Source: Squalus acanthias
Lineage: Eukaryota
Length of the DNA stretch: 64,000 bases
NCBI GenBank assembly: GCA_030390025.1
Contig: JASTWF010000033.1
Location: 5,148,001-5,212,000, forward strand
Direction: 5' to 3'
In this document: in pieces, positions 44,401 through 57,846 of the stretch
Numbering within the stretch: position 1 is the stretch's first letter
Layout of the letters: each line of letters opens with the position of its first letter
Program-made: the position numbers and the translations under genes
Notes under the pieces: generated by a model
Seen by the model: the letters and a program-made list of their open reading frames with translations, nothing else
Told to the model about the DNA's origin: nothing
The model's database searches: none

Positions 44401-47400
44401 TTATTCCTCTTGTCTTTTATTCCTCTTGTCTTTTATTCCTCTTGTCTTTTATTCCTCTTGTCTTTTATTCCTCTTGTCTTTTATTCCTCTTGTCTTTTAT
44501 TCCTCTTGTCTTTTATTCCTCTTGTCTTTTATTCCTCTTGTCTTTTATTCCTCTTGTCTTTTATTCCTCTTGTCTTTTATTCCTCTTGTCTTTTATTCCT
44601 CTTGTCTTTTATTCCTCTTGTCTTTTATTCCTCTTGTCTTTTATTCCTCTTGTCTTTTATTCCTCTTGTCTTTTATTCCTCTTGTCTTTTATTCCTCTTG
44701 TCTTTTATTCCTCTTGTCTTTTATTCCTCTTGTCTTTTATTCCTCTTGTCTTTTATTCCTCTTGTCTTTTATTCCTCTTGTCTTTTATTCCTCTTGTCTT
44801 TTATTCCTCTTGTCTTTTATTCCTCTTGTCTTTTATTCCTCTTGTCTTTTATTCCTCTTGTCTTTTATTCCTCTTGTCTTTTATTCCTCTTGTCTTTTAT
44901 TCCTCTTGTCTTTTATTCCTCTTGTCTTTTATTCCTCTTGTCTTTTATTCCTCTTGTCTTTTATTCCTCTTGTCTTTTATTCCTCTTGTCTTTTATTCCT
45001 CTTGTCTTTTATTCCTCTTGTCTTTTATTCCTCTTGTCTTTTATTCCTCTTGTCTTTTATTCCTCTTGTCTTTTATTCCTCTTGTCTTTTATTCCTCTTG
45101 TCTTTTATTCCTCTTGTCTTTTATTCCTCTTGTCTTTTATTCCTCTTGTCTTTTATTCCTCTTGTCTTTTATTCCTCTTGTCTTTTATTCCTCTTGTCTT
45201 TTATTCCTCTTGTCTTTTATTCCTCTTGTCTTTTATTCCTCTTGTCTTTTATTCCTCTTGTCTTTTATTCCTCTTGTCTTTTATTCCTCTTGTCTTTTAT
45301 TCCTCTTGTCTTTTATTCCTCTTGTCTTTTATTCCTCTTGTCTTTTATTCCTCTTGTCTTTTATTCCTCTTGTCTTTTATTCCTCTTGTCTTTTATTCCT
45401 CTTGTCTTTTATTCCTCTTGTCTTTTATTCCTCTTGTCTTTTATTCCTCTTGTCTTTTATTCCTCTTGTCTTTTATTCCTCTTGTCTTTTATTCCTCTTG
45501 TCTTTTATTCCTCTTGTCTTTTATTCCTCTTGTCTTTTATTCCTCTTGTCTTTTATTCCTCTTGTCTTTTATTCCTCTTGTCTTTTATTCCTCTTGTCTT
45601 TTATTCCTCTTGTCTTTTATTCCTCTTGTCTTTTATTCCTCTTGTCTTTTATTCCTCTTGTCTTTTATTCCTCTTGTCTTTTATTCCTCTTGTCTTTTAT
45701 TCCTCTTGTCTTTTATTCCTCTTGTCTTTTATTCCTCTTGTCTTTTATTCCTCTTGTCTTTTATTCCTCTTGTCTTTTATTCCTCTTGTCTTTTATTCCT
45801 CTTGTCTTTTATTCCTCTTGTCTTTTATTCCTCTTGTCTTTTATTCCTCTTGTCTTTTATTCCTCTTGTCTTTTATTCCTCTTGTCTTTTATTCCTCTTG
45901 TCTTTTATTCCTCTTGTCTTTTATTCCTCTTGTCTTTTATTCCTCTTGTCTTTTATTCCTCTTGTCTTTTATTCCTCTTGTCTTTTATTCCTCTTGTCTT
46001 TTATTCCTCTTGTCTTTTATTCCTCTTGTCTTTTATTCCTCTTGTCTTTTATTCCTCTTGTCTTTTATTCCTCTTGTCTTTTATTCCTCTTGTCTTTTAT
46101 TCCTCTTGTCTTTTATTCCTCTTGTCTTTTATTCCTCTTGTCTTTTATTCCTCTTGTCTTTTATTCCTCTTGTCTTTTATTCCTCTTGTCTTTTATTCCT
46201 CTTGTCTTTTATTCCTCTTGTCTTTTATTCCTCTTGTCTTTTATTCCTCTTGTCTTTTATTCCTCTTGTCTTTTATTCCTCTTGTCTTTTATTCCTCTTG
46301 TCTTTTATTCCTCTTGTCTTTTATTCCTCTTGTCTTTTATTCCTCTTGTCTTTTATTCCTCTTGTCTTTTATTCCTCTTGTCTTTTATTCCTCTTGTCTT
46401 TTATTCCTCTTGTCTTTTATTCCTCTTGTCTTTTATTCCTCTTGTCTTTTATTCCTCTTGTCTTTTATTCCTCTTGTCTTTTATTCCTCTTGTCTTTTAT
46501 TCCTCTTGTCTTTTATTCCTCTTGTCTTTTATTCCTCTTGTCTTTTATTCCTCTTGTCTTTTATTCCTCTTGTCTTTTATTCCTCTTGTCTTTTATTCCT
46601 CTTGTCTTTTATTCCTCTTGTCTTTTATTCCTCTTGTCTTTTATTCCTCTTGTCTTTTATTCCTCTTGTCTTTTATTCCTCTTGTCTTTTATTCCTCTTG
46701 TCTTTTATTCCTCTTGTCTTTTATTCCTCTTGTCTTTTATTCCTCTTGTCTTTTATTCCTCTTGTCTTTTATTCCTCTTGTCTTTTATTCCTCTTGTCTT
46801 TTATTCCTCTTGTCTTTTATTCCTCTTGTCTTTTATTCCTCTTGTCTTTTATTCCTCTTGTCTTTTATTCCTCTTGTCTTTTATTCCTCTTGTCTTTTAT
46901 TCCTCTTGTCTTTTATTCCTCTTGTCTTTTATTCCTCTTGTCTTTTATTCCTCTTGTCTTTTATTCCTCTTGTCTTTTATTCCTCTTGTCTTTTATTCCT
47001 CTTGTCTTTTATTCCTCTTGTCTTTTATTCCTCTTGTCTTTTATTCCTCTTGTCTTTTATTCCTCTTGTCTTTTATTCCTCTTGTCTTTTATTCCTCTTG
47101 TCTTTTATTCCTCTTGTCTTTTATTCCTCTTGTCTTTTATTCCTCTTGTCTTTTATTCCTCTTGTCTTTTATTCCTCTTGTCTTTTATTCCTCTTGTCTT
47201 TTATTCCTCTTGTCTTTTATTCCTCTTGTCTTTTATTCCTCTTGTCTTTTATTCCTCTTGTCTTTTATTCCTCTTGTCTTTTATTCCTCTTGTCTTTTAT
47301 TCCTCTTGTCTTTTATTCCTCTTGTCTTTTATTCCTCTTGTCTTTTATTCCTCTTGTCTTTTATTCCTCTTGTCTTTTATTCCTCTTGTCTTTTATTCCT

Positions 47401-47909
47401 CTTGTCTTTTATTCCTCTTGTCTTTTATTCCTCTTGTCTTTTATTCCTCTTGTCTTTTATTCCTCTTGTCTTTTATTCCTCTTGTCTTTTATTCCTCTTG
47501 TCTTTTATTCCTCTTGTCTTTTATTCCTCTTGTCTTTTATTCCTCTTGTCTTTTATTCCTCTTGTCTTTTATTCCTCTTGTCTTTTATTCCTCTTGTCTT
47601 TTATTCCTCTTGTCTTTTATTCCTCTTGTCTTTTATTCCTCTTGTCTTTTATTCCTCTTGTCTTTTATTCCTCTTGTCTTTTATTCCTCTTGTCTTTTAT
47701 TCCTCTTGTCTTTTATTCCTCTTGTCTTTTATTCCTCTTGTCTTTTATTCCTCTTGTCTTTTATTCCTCTTGTCTTTTATTCCTCTTGTCTTTTATTCCT
47801 CTTGTCTTTTATTCCTCTTGTCTTTTATTCCTCTTGTCTTTTATTCCTCTTGTCTTTTATTCCTCTTGTCTTTTATTCCTCTTGTCTTTTATTCCTCTTG
47901 TCTTTTATT
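14438..47909. repeat. Near-perfect core with only two 1-bp deletions (CCTC>CCC at about 22250 and 23113); 23114-47909 is about 1,550 identical units
   Basis: Phase shifts are seen only at 22248-22250 and 23111-23113, matching the two frame switches in the ORF track. Confidence 0.92.
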
Positions 47910-48278
47910 TCCTCTTGTCTTTTATTCCTCTTGTCTTTTATTCCTCTTGTCTTTTATTCCTCTTGTCTTTTATTCCCTCTTGTCTTTTATTCCTCTTGTC
48001 TTTTCTTCCTCTTGTCTTTTATTCCTCTCTGTTTTTATTCCCCCATGTCTTTTATTCCTCTTGTCTTTTATTCCTCTTGTCTTTTATTCCTCTTGTCTTT
48101 TATTCCCCTTGTCTTTTATGCCTCTTGTCTTTTATTCCTCTTGTCTTTTAATCCTATTGTCTTTTATTCCTCTGTCTTTTATTCCATTCGGTCCTTTTAT
48201 TCCTCTTGTCTTTATTCCTCTTGACTTTTATTCCTCTTGTCTTTTATTCCTCTTGTCTTTTATTTCCCTCTATCCCTA
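47910..48278. repeat. Variant-dense island 2 (substitutions and indels)
   Basis: Examples are CCCCCATG (48040), TATGCC (48117), AATCCTATTG (48150), CCATTCGGTCC (48184), TTGACTTTT (48221) and a truncated unit at 48261-48278. Perfect repeats resume afterwards. Confidence 0.9.
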
Positions 48279-51200
48279 TTGTCTTTTATTCCTCTTGTCT
48301 TTTATTCCTCTTGTCTTTTATTCCTCTTGTCTTTTATTCCTCTTGTCTTTTATTCCTCTTGTCTTTTATTCCTCTTGTCTTTTATTCCTCTTGTCTTTTA
48401 TTCCTCTTGTCTTTTATTCCTCTTGTCTTTTATTCCTCTTGTCTTTTATTCCTCTTGTCTTTTATTCCTCTTGTCTTTTATTCCTCTTGTCTTTTATTCC
48501 TCTTGTCTTTTATTCCTCTTGTCTTTTATTCCTCTTGTCTTTTATTCCTCTTGTCTTTTATTCCTCTTGTCTTTTATTCCTCTTGTCTTTTATTCCTCTT
48601 GTCTTTTATTCCTCTTGTCTTTTATTCCTCTTGTCTTTTATTCCTCTTGTCTTTTATTCCTCTTGTCTTTTATTCCTCTTGTCTTTTATTCCTCTTGTCT
48701 TTTATTCCTCTTGTCTTTTATTCCTCTTGTCTTTTATTCCTCTTGTCTTTTATTCCTCTTGTCTTTTATTCCTCTTGTCTTTTATTCCTCTTGTCTTTTA
48801 TTCCTCTTGTCTTTTATTCCTCTTGTCTTTTATTCCTCTTGTCTTTTATTCCTCTTGTCTTTTATTCCTCTTGTCTTTTATTCCTCTTGTCTTTTATTCC
48901 TCTTGTCTTTTATTCCTCTTGTCTTTTATTCCTCTTGTCTTTTATTCCTCTTGTCTTTTATTCCTCTTGTCTTTTATTCCTCTTGTCTTTTATTCCTCTT
49001 GTCTTTTATTCCTCTTGTCTTTTATTCCTCTTGTCTTTTATTCCTCTTGTCTTTTATTCCTCTTGTCTTTTATTCCTCTTGTCTTTTATTCCTCTTGTCT
49101 TTTATTCCTCTTGTCTTTTATTCCTCTTGTCTTTTATTCCTCTTGTCTTTTATTCCTCTTGTCTTTTATTCCTCTTGTCTTTTATTCCTCTTGTCTTTTA
49201 TTCCTCTTGTCTTTTATTCCTCTTGTCTTTTATTCCTCTTGTCTTTTATTCCTCTTGTCTTTTATTCCTCTTGTCTTTTATTCCTCTTGTCTTTTATTCC
49301 TCTTGTCTTTTATTCCTCTTGTCTTTTATTCCTCTTGTCTTTTATTCCTCTTGTCTTTTATTCCTCTTGTCTTTTATTCCTCTTGTCTTTTATTCCTCTT
49401 GTCTTTTATTCCTCTTGTCTTTTATTCCTCTTGTCTTTTATTCCTCTTGTCTTTTATTCCTCTTGTCTTTTATTCCTCTTGTCTTTTATTCCTCTTGTCT
49501 TTTATTCCTCTTGTCTTTTATTCCTCTTGTCTTTTATTCCTCTTGTCTTTTATTCCTCTTGTCTTTTATTCCTCTTGTCTTTTATTCCTCTTGTCTTTTA
49601 TTCCTCTTGTCTTTTATTCCTCTGTCTTTTATTCCTCTTGTCTTTTATTCCTCTTGTCTTTTATTCCTCTTGTCTTTTATTCCTCTTGTCTTTTATTCCT
49701 CTTGTCTTTTATTCCTCTTGTCTTTTATTCCTCTTGTCTTTTATTCCTCTTGTCTTTTATTCCTCTTGTCTTTTATTCCTCTTGTCTTTTATTCCTCTTG
49801 TCTTTTATTCCTCTTGTCTTTTATTCCTCTTGTCTTTTATTCCTCTTGTCTTTTATTCCTCTTGTCTTTTATTCCTCTTGTCTTTTATTCCTCTTGTCTT
49901 TTATTCCTCTTGTCTTTTATTCCTCTTGTCTTTTATTCCTCTTGTCTTTTATTCCTCTTGTCTTTTATTCCTCTTGTCTTTTATTCCTCTTGTCTTTTAT
50001 TCCTCTTGTCTTTTATTCCTCTTGTCTTTTATTCCTCTTGTCTTTTATTCCTCTTGTCTTTTATTCCTCTTGTCTTTTATTCCTCTTGTCTTTTATTCCT
50101 CTTGTCTTTTATTCCTCTTGTCTTTTATTCCTCTTGTCTTTTATTCCTCTTGTCTTTTATTCCTCTTGTCTTTTATTCCTCTTGTCTTTTATTCCTCTTG
50201 TCTTTTATTCCTCTTGTCTTTTATTCCTCTTGTCTTTTATTCCTCTTGTCTTTTATTCCTCTTGTCTTTTATTCCTCTTGTCTTTTATTCCTCTTGTCTT
50301 TTATTCCTCTTGTCTTTTATTCCTCTTGTCTTTTATTCCTCTTGTCTTTTATTCCTCTTGTCTTTTATTCCTCTTGTCTTTTATTCCTCTTGTCTTTTAT
50401 TCCTCTTGTCTTTTATTCCTCTTGTCTTTTATTCCTCTTGTCTTTTATTCCTCTTGTCTTTTATTCCTCTTGTCTTTTATTCCTCTTGTCTTTTATTCCT
50501 CTTGTCTTTTATTCCTCTTGTCTTTTATTCCTCTTGTCTTTTATTCCTCTTGTCTTTTATTCCTCTTGTCTTTTATTCCTCTTGTCTTTTATTCCTCTTG
50601 TCTTTTATTCCTCTTGTCTTTTATTCCTCTTGTCTTTTATTCCTCTTGTCTTTTATTCCTCTTGTCTTTTATTCCTCTTGTCTTTTATTCCTCTTGTCTT
50701 TTATTCCTCTTGTCTTTTATTCCTCTTGTCTTTTATTCCTCTTGTCTTTTATTCCTCTTGTCTTTTATTCCTCTTGTCTTTTATTCCTCTTGTCTTTTAT
50801 TCCTCTTGTCTTTTATTCCTCTTGTCTTTTATTCCTCTTGTCTTTTATTCCTCTTGTCTTTTATTCCTCTTGTCTTTTATTCCTCTTGTCTTTTATTCCT
50901 CTTGTCTTTTATTCCTCTTGTCTTTTATTCCTCTTGTCTTTTATTCCTCTTGTCTTTTATTCCTCTTGTCTTTTATTCCTCTTGTCTTTTATTCCTCTTG
51001 TCTTTTATTCCTCTTGTCTTTTATTCCTCTTGTCTTTTATTCCTCTTGTCTTTTATTCCTCTTGTCTTTTATTCCTCTTGTCTTTTATTCCTCTTGTCTT
51101 TTATTCCTCTTGTCTTTTATTCCTCTTGTCTTTTATTCCTCTTGTCTTTTATTCCTCTTGTCTTTTATTCCTCTTGTCTTTTATTCCTCTTGTCTTTTAT

Positions 51201-54200
51201 TCCTCTTGTCTTTTATTCCTCTTGTCTTTTATTCCTCTTGTCTTTTATTCCTCTTGTCTTTTATTCCTCTTGTCTTTTATTCCTCTTGTCTTTTATTCCT
51301 CTTGTCTTTTATTCCTCTTGTCTTTTATTCCTCTTGTCTTTTATTCCTCTTGTCTTTTATTCCTCTTGTCTTTTATTCCTCTTGTCTTTTATTCCTCTTG
51401 TCTTTTATTCCTCTTGTCTTTTATTCCTCTTGTCTTTTATTCCTCTTGTCTTTTATTCCTCTTGTCTTTTATTCCTCTTGTCTTTTATTCCTCTTGTCTT
51501 TTATTCCTCTTGTCTTTTATTCCTCTTGTCTTTTATTCCTCTTGTCTTTTATTCCTCTTGTCTTTTATTCCTCTTGTCTTTTATTCCTCTTGTCTTTTAT
51601 TCCTCTTGTCTTTTATTCCTCTTGTCTTTTATTCCTCTTGTCTTTTATTCCTCTTGTCTTTTATTCCTCTTGTCTTTTATTCCTCTTGTCTTTTATTCCT
51701 CTTGTCTTTTATTCCTCTTGTCTTTTATTCCTCTTGTCTTTTATTCCTCTTGTCTTTTATTCCTCTTGTCTTTTATTCCTCTTGTCTTTTATTCCTCTTG
51801 TCTTTTATTCCTCTTGTCTTTTATTCCTCTTGTCTTTTATTCCTCTTGTCTTTTATTCCTCTTGTCTTTTATTCCTCTTGTCTTTTATTCCTCTTGTCTT
51901 TTATTCCTCTTGTCTTTTATTCCTCTTGTCTTTTATTCCTCTTGTCTTTTATTCCTCTTGTCTTTTATTCCTCTTGTCTTTTATTCCTCTTGTCTTTTAT
52001 TCCTCTTGTCTTTTATTCCTCTTGTCTTTTATTCCTCTTGTCTTTTATTCCTCTTGTCTTTTATTCCTCTTGTCTTTTATTCCTCTTGTCTTTTATTCCT
52101 CTTGTCTTTTATTCCTCTTGTCTTTTATTCCTCTTGTCTTTTATTCCTCTTGTCTTTTATTCCTCTTGTCTTTTATTCCTCTTGTCTTTTATTCCTCTTG
52201 TCTTTTATTCCTCTTGTCTTTTATTCCTCTTGTCTTTTATTCCTCTTGTCTTTTATTCCTCTTGTCTTTTATTCCTCTTGTCTTTTATTCCTCTTGTCTT
52301 TTATTCCTCTTGTCTTTTATTCCTCTTGTCTTTTATTCCTCTTGTCTTTTATTCCTCTTGTCTTTTATTCCTCTTGTCTTTTATTCCTCTTGTCTTTTAT
52401 TCCTCTTGTCTTTTATTCCTCTTGTCTTTTATTCCTCTTGTCTTTTATTCCTCTTGTCTTTTATTCCTCTTGTCTTTTATTCCTCTTGTCTTTTATTCCT
52501 CTTGTCTTTTATTCCTCTTGTCTTTTATTCCTCTTGTCTTTTATTCCTCTTGTCTTTTATTCCTCTTGTCTTTTATTCCTCTTGTCTTTTATTCCTCTTG
52601 TCTTTTATTCCTCTTGTCTTTTATTCCTCTTGTCTTTTATTCCTCTTGTCTTTTATTCCTCTTGTCTTTTATTCCTCTTGTCTTTTATTCCTCTTGTCTT
52701 TTATTCCTCTTGTCTTTTATTCCTCTTGTCTTTTATTCCTCTTGTCTTTTATTCCTCTTGTCTTTTATTCCTCTTGTCTTTTATTCCTCTTGTCTTTTAT
52801 TCCTCTTGTCTTTTATTCCTCTTGTCTTTTATTCCTCTTGTCTTTTATTCCTCTTGTCTTTTATCCCCTTGTCTTTTATTCCTCTTGTCTTTTATTCCTC
52901 TTGTCTTTTATTCCTCTTGTCTTTTATTCCTCTTGTCTTTTATTCCTCTTGTCTTTTATTCCTCTTGTCTTTTATTCCTCTTGTCTTTTATTCCTCTTGT
53001 CTTTTATTCCTCTTGTCTTTTATTCCTCTTGTCTTTTATTCCTCTTGTCTTTTATTCCTCTTGTCTTTTATTCCTCTTGTCTTTTATTCCTCTTGTCTTT
53101 TATTCCTCTTGTCTTTTATTCCTCTTGTCTTTTATTCCTCTTGTCTTTTATTCCTCTTGTCTTTTATTCCTCTTGTCTTTTATTCCTCTTGTCTTTTATT
53201 CCTCTTGTCTTTTATTCCTCTTGTCTTTTATTCCTCTTGTCTTTTATTCCTCTTGTCTTTTATTCCTCTTGTCTTTTATTCCTCTTGTCTTTTATTCACT
53301 TGTCTTTTATTCCTCTTGTCTTTTATTCCTCTTGTCTTTTATTCCTCTTGTCTTTTATTCCTCTTGTCTTTTATTCCTCTTGTCTTTTATTCCTCTTGTC
53401 TTTTATTCCTCTTGTCTTTTATTCCTCTTGTCTTTTATTCCTCTTGTCTTTTATTCCTCTTGTCTTTTATTCCTCTTGTCTTTTATTCCTCTTGTCTTTT
53501 ATTCCTCTTGTCTTTTATTCCTCTTGTCTTTTATTCCTCTTGTCTTTTATTCCTCTTGTCTTTTATTCCTCTTGTCTTTTATTCCTCTTGTCTTTTATTC
53601 CTCTTGTCTTTTATTCCTCTTGTCTTTTATTCCTCTTGTCTTTTATTCCTCTTGTCTTTTATTCCTCTTGTCTTTTATTCCTCTTGTCTTTTATTCCTCT
53701 TGTCTTTTATTCCTCTTGTCTTTTATTCCCCTTGTCTTTTATTCCTCTTGTCTTTTATTCCTCTTGTCTTTTATTCCTCTTGTCTTTTATTCCTCTTGTC
53801 TTTTATTCCTCTTGTATTTTTTATTCCTCTTGCATTTTATTCCTCTTGTCTTTTATTCCTCCTGTCATTTATTCCTTTTAACTTTTATCCCTCTAGTCTT
53901 TTATTCCTCTTGTCTTTTATTCCTCTTGTCTTTTATTTCACTTGGCTTTTATTCCTCTTGTCTTTTATTCCTCTTGTCTTTTATTCCTCTTATCTTTTAT
54001 TCCTCTTGTCTTTTATTCCTCTTGTCTTTTATTCCTCTTGTCTTTTATTCCTCTTGTCTTTTATTCCCCTTGTCTTTTATTCCTCTTGTCTTTTATTCCT
54101 CTTGTCTTTTATTCCTCTTGTCTTTTATTCCTCTTGTCTTTTATTCCCTTGTCTTTTATTCCTCTTGTCTTTTATTCCTCTTGTCTTTTATTCCCCTTGT

Positions 54201-57200
54201 CTTTTATTCCTCTTGTCTTTTATTCCTCTTGTCTTTTATTCCTCTTGTCTTTTATTCCTCTTGTCTTTTATTCCTCTTGTCTTTTATTCCTCTTGTCTTT
54301 TATTCCTCTTGTCTTTTATTACTCTTGTCTTTTATTCCTCTTGTCTTTTATTCCTCTTGTCTTTTATTCCTCTTGTCTTTTATTCCTCTTGTCTTTTATT
54401 CCTCTTGTCTTTTATTCCCTTGTCTTTTATTCCTCTTGTCTTTTATTCCTCTTGTCTTTTATTCCTCTTGTCTTTTATTCCTCTTGTCTTTTATTCCTCT
54501 TGTCTTTTATTCCTCTTGTCTTTTATTCCTCTTGTCTTTTATTCCTCTTGTCTTTTATTCCTCTTGTCTTTTATTCCTCTTGTCTTTTATTCCTCTTGTC
54601 TTTTATTCCTCTTGTCTTTTATTCCTCTTGTCTTTTATTCCTCTTGTCTTTTATTCCTCTTGTCTTTTATTCCTCTTGTCTTTTATTCCTCTTGTCTTTT
54701 ATTCCTCTTGTCTTTTATTCCTCTTGTCTTTTATTCCTCTTGTCTTTTATTCCTCTTGTCTTTTATTCCTCTTGTCTTTTATTCCTCTTGTCTTTTATTC
54801 CTCTTGTCTTTTATTCCTCTTGTCTTTTATTCCTCTTGTCTTTTATTCCTCTTGTCTTTTATTCCTCTTGTCTTTTATTCCTCTTGTCTTTTATTCCTCT
54901 TGTCTTTTATTCCTCTTGTCTTTTATTCCTCTTGTCTTTTATTCCTCTTGTCTTTTATTCCTCTTGTCTTTTATTCCTCTTGTCTTTTATTCCTCTTGTC
55001 TTTTATTCCTCTTGTCTTTTATTCCTCTTGTCTTTTATTCCTCTTGTCTTTTATTCCTCTTGTCTTTTATTCCTCTTGTCTTTTATTCCTCTTGTCTTTT
55101 ATTCCTCTTGTCTTTTATTCCTCTTGTCTTTTATTCCTCTTGTCTTTTATTCCTCTTGTCTTTTATTCCTCTTGTCTTTTATTCCTCTTGTCTTTTATTC
55201 CCTTGTCTTTTATTCCTCTTGTCTTTTATTCCTCTTGTCTTTTATTCCTCTTGTCTTTTATTCCTCTTGTCTTTTATTCCTCTTGTCTTTTATTCCTCTT
55301 GTCTTTTATTCCTCTTGTCTTTTATTCCTCTTGTCTTTTATTCCTCTTGTCTTTTATTCCTCTTGTCTTTTATTCCTCTTGTCTTTTATTCCTCTTGTCT
55401 TTTATTCCTCTTGTCTTTTATTCCTCTTGTCTTTTATTCCTCTTGTCTTTTATTCCTCTTGTCTTTTATTCCTCTTGTCTTTTATTCCTCTTGTCTTTTA
55501 TTCCTCTTGTCTTTTATTCCCTTGTCTTTTATTCCTCTTGTCTTTTATTCCTCTTGTCTTTTATTCCTCTTGTCTTTTATTCACTTGTCTTTTATTCCTC
55601 TTGTCTTTTATTCCTCTTGTCTTTTATTCCTCTTGTCTTTTATTCCTCTTGTCTTTTATTCCTCTTGTCTTTTATTCCCTTGTCTTTTATTCCTCTTGTC
55701 TTTTATTCCTCTTGTCTTTTATTCCTCTTGTCTTTTATTCCTCTTGTCTTTTATTCCCCTTGTCTTTTATTCCTCTTGTCTTTTATTCCTCTTGTCTTTT
55801 ATTCCTCTTGTCTTTTATTCCTCTTGTCTTTTATTCCTCTTGTCTTTTATTCCTCTTGTCTTTTATTCCTCTTGTCTTTTATTCCTCTTGTCTTTTATTC
55901 CTCTTGTCTTTTATTCCTCTTGTCTTTTATTCCTCTTGTCTTTTATTCCTCTTGTCTTTTATTCCTCTTGTCTTTTATTCCTCTTGTCTTTTATTCCTCT
56001 TGTCTTTTATTCCTCTTGTCTTTTATTCCTCTTGTCTTTTATTCCTCTTGTCTTTTATTCCCTTGTCTTTTATTCCTCTTGTCTTTTATTCCTCTTGTCT
56101 TTTAATCCTCTTGTCTTTTATTCCTCTTGTCTTTTATTCCTCTTGTCTTTTATTCCTCTTGTCTTTTATTCCTTCTGTCTTTTATTCCTCTTGTCTTTTA
56201 TTCCTCTTGTCTTTTATTCCTCTTGTCTTTTATTCCTCTTGTCTTTTATTCCTCTTGTCTTTTATTCCTCTTGTCTTTTATTCCTCTTGTCTTTTATTCC
56301 TCTTGTCTTTTATTCCTCTTGTCTTTTATTCCTCTTGTCTTTTATTCCTCTTGTCTTTTATTCCTCTTGTCTTTTATTCCTCTTGTCTTTTATTCCTCTT
56401 GTCTTTTATTCCTCTTGTCTTTTATTCCTCTTGTCTTTTATTCCTCTTGTCTTTTATTCCTCTTGTCTTTTATTCCTCTTGTCTTTTATTCCTCTTGTCT
56501 TTTATTCCTCTTGTCTTTTATTCCTCTTGTCTTTTATTCCTCTTGTCTTTTATTCCTCTTGTCTTTTATTCCTCTTGTCTTTTATTCCTCTTGTCTTTTA
56601 TTCCCTTGTCTTTTATTCCTCTTGTCTTTTATTCCTCTTGTCTTTTATTCCTCTTGTCTTTTATTCCTCTTGTCTTTTATTCCTCTTGTCTTTTATTCCT
56701 CTTGTCTTTTATTCCTCTTGTCTTTTATTCCTCTTGTCTTTTATTCCTCTTGTCTTTTATTCCTCTTGTCTTTTATTCCCCTTGTCTTTTATTCCTCTTG
56801 TCTTTTATTCCTCTTGTCTTTTATTCCTCTTGTCTTTTATTCCTCTTGTCTTTTATTCCTCTTGTCTTTTATTCCTCTTGTCTTTTATTCCTCTTGTCTT
56901 TTATTCCTCTTGTCTTTTATTCCTCTTGTCTTTTATTCCTCTTGTCTTTTATTCCTCTTGTCTTTTATTCCTCTTGTCTTTTATTCCTCTTGTCTTTTAT
57001 TCCTCTTGTCTTTTATTCCTCTTGTCTTTTATTCCTCTTGTCTTTTATTCCTCTTGTCTTTTATTCCTCTTGTCTTTTATTCCTCTTGTCTTTTATTCCT
57101 CTTGTCTTTTATTCCTCTTGTCTTTTATTCCTCTTGTCTTTTATTCCTCTTGTCTTTTATTCCTCTTGTCTTTTATTCCTCTTGTCTTTTATTCCTCTTG

Positions 57201-57846
57201 TCTTTTATTCCTCTTGTCTTTTATTCCTCTTGTCTTTTATTCCTCTTGTCTTTTATTCCTCTTGTCTTTTATTCCTCTTGTCTTTTATTCCTCTTGTCTT
57301 TTATTCCTCTGTCTTTTATTCCCCTTGTCTTTTATTCCTCTTGTCTTTTATTCCTCTTGTCTTTTATTCCTCTTGTCTTTTATTCCTCTTGTCTTTTATT
57401 CCTCTTGTCTTTTATTCCTCTTGTCTTTTATTCCTCTTGTCTTTTATTCCTCTTGTCTTTTATTCCTCTTGTCTTTTATTCCTCTTGTCTTTTATTCCTC
57501 TTGTCTTTTATTCCTCTTGTCTTTTATTCCTCTTGTCTTTTATTCCTCTTGTCTTTTATTCCTCTTGTCTTTTATTCCTCTTGTCTTTTATTCCTCTTGT
57601 CTTTTATTCCTCTTGTCTTTTATTCCTCTTGTCTTTTATTCCTCTTGTCTTTTATTCCTCTTGTCTTTTATTCCTCTTGTCTTTTATTCCTCTTGTCTTT
57701 TATTCCTCTTGTCTTTTATTCCCTCTGTCTTTTATTCCTCTTGTCTTTTATTCCTCTTGTCTTTTATTCCTCTTGTCTTTTATTCCTCTTGTCTTTTATT
57801 CCTCTTGTCTTTTATTCCTCTTGTCTTTTATTGATCTTGTCTTTTA

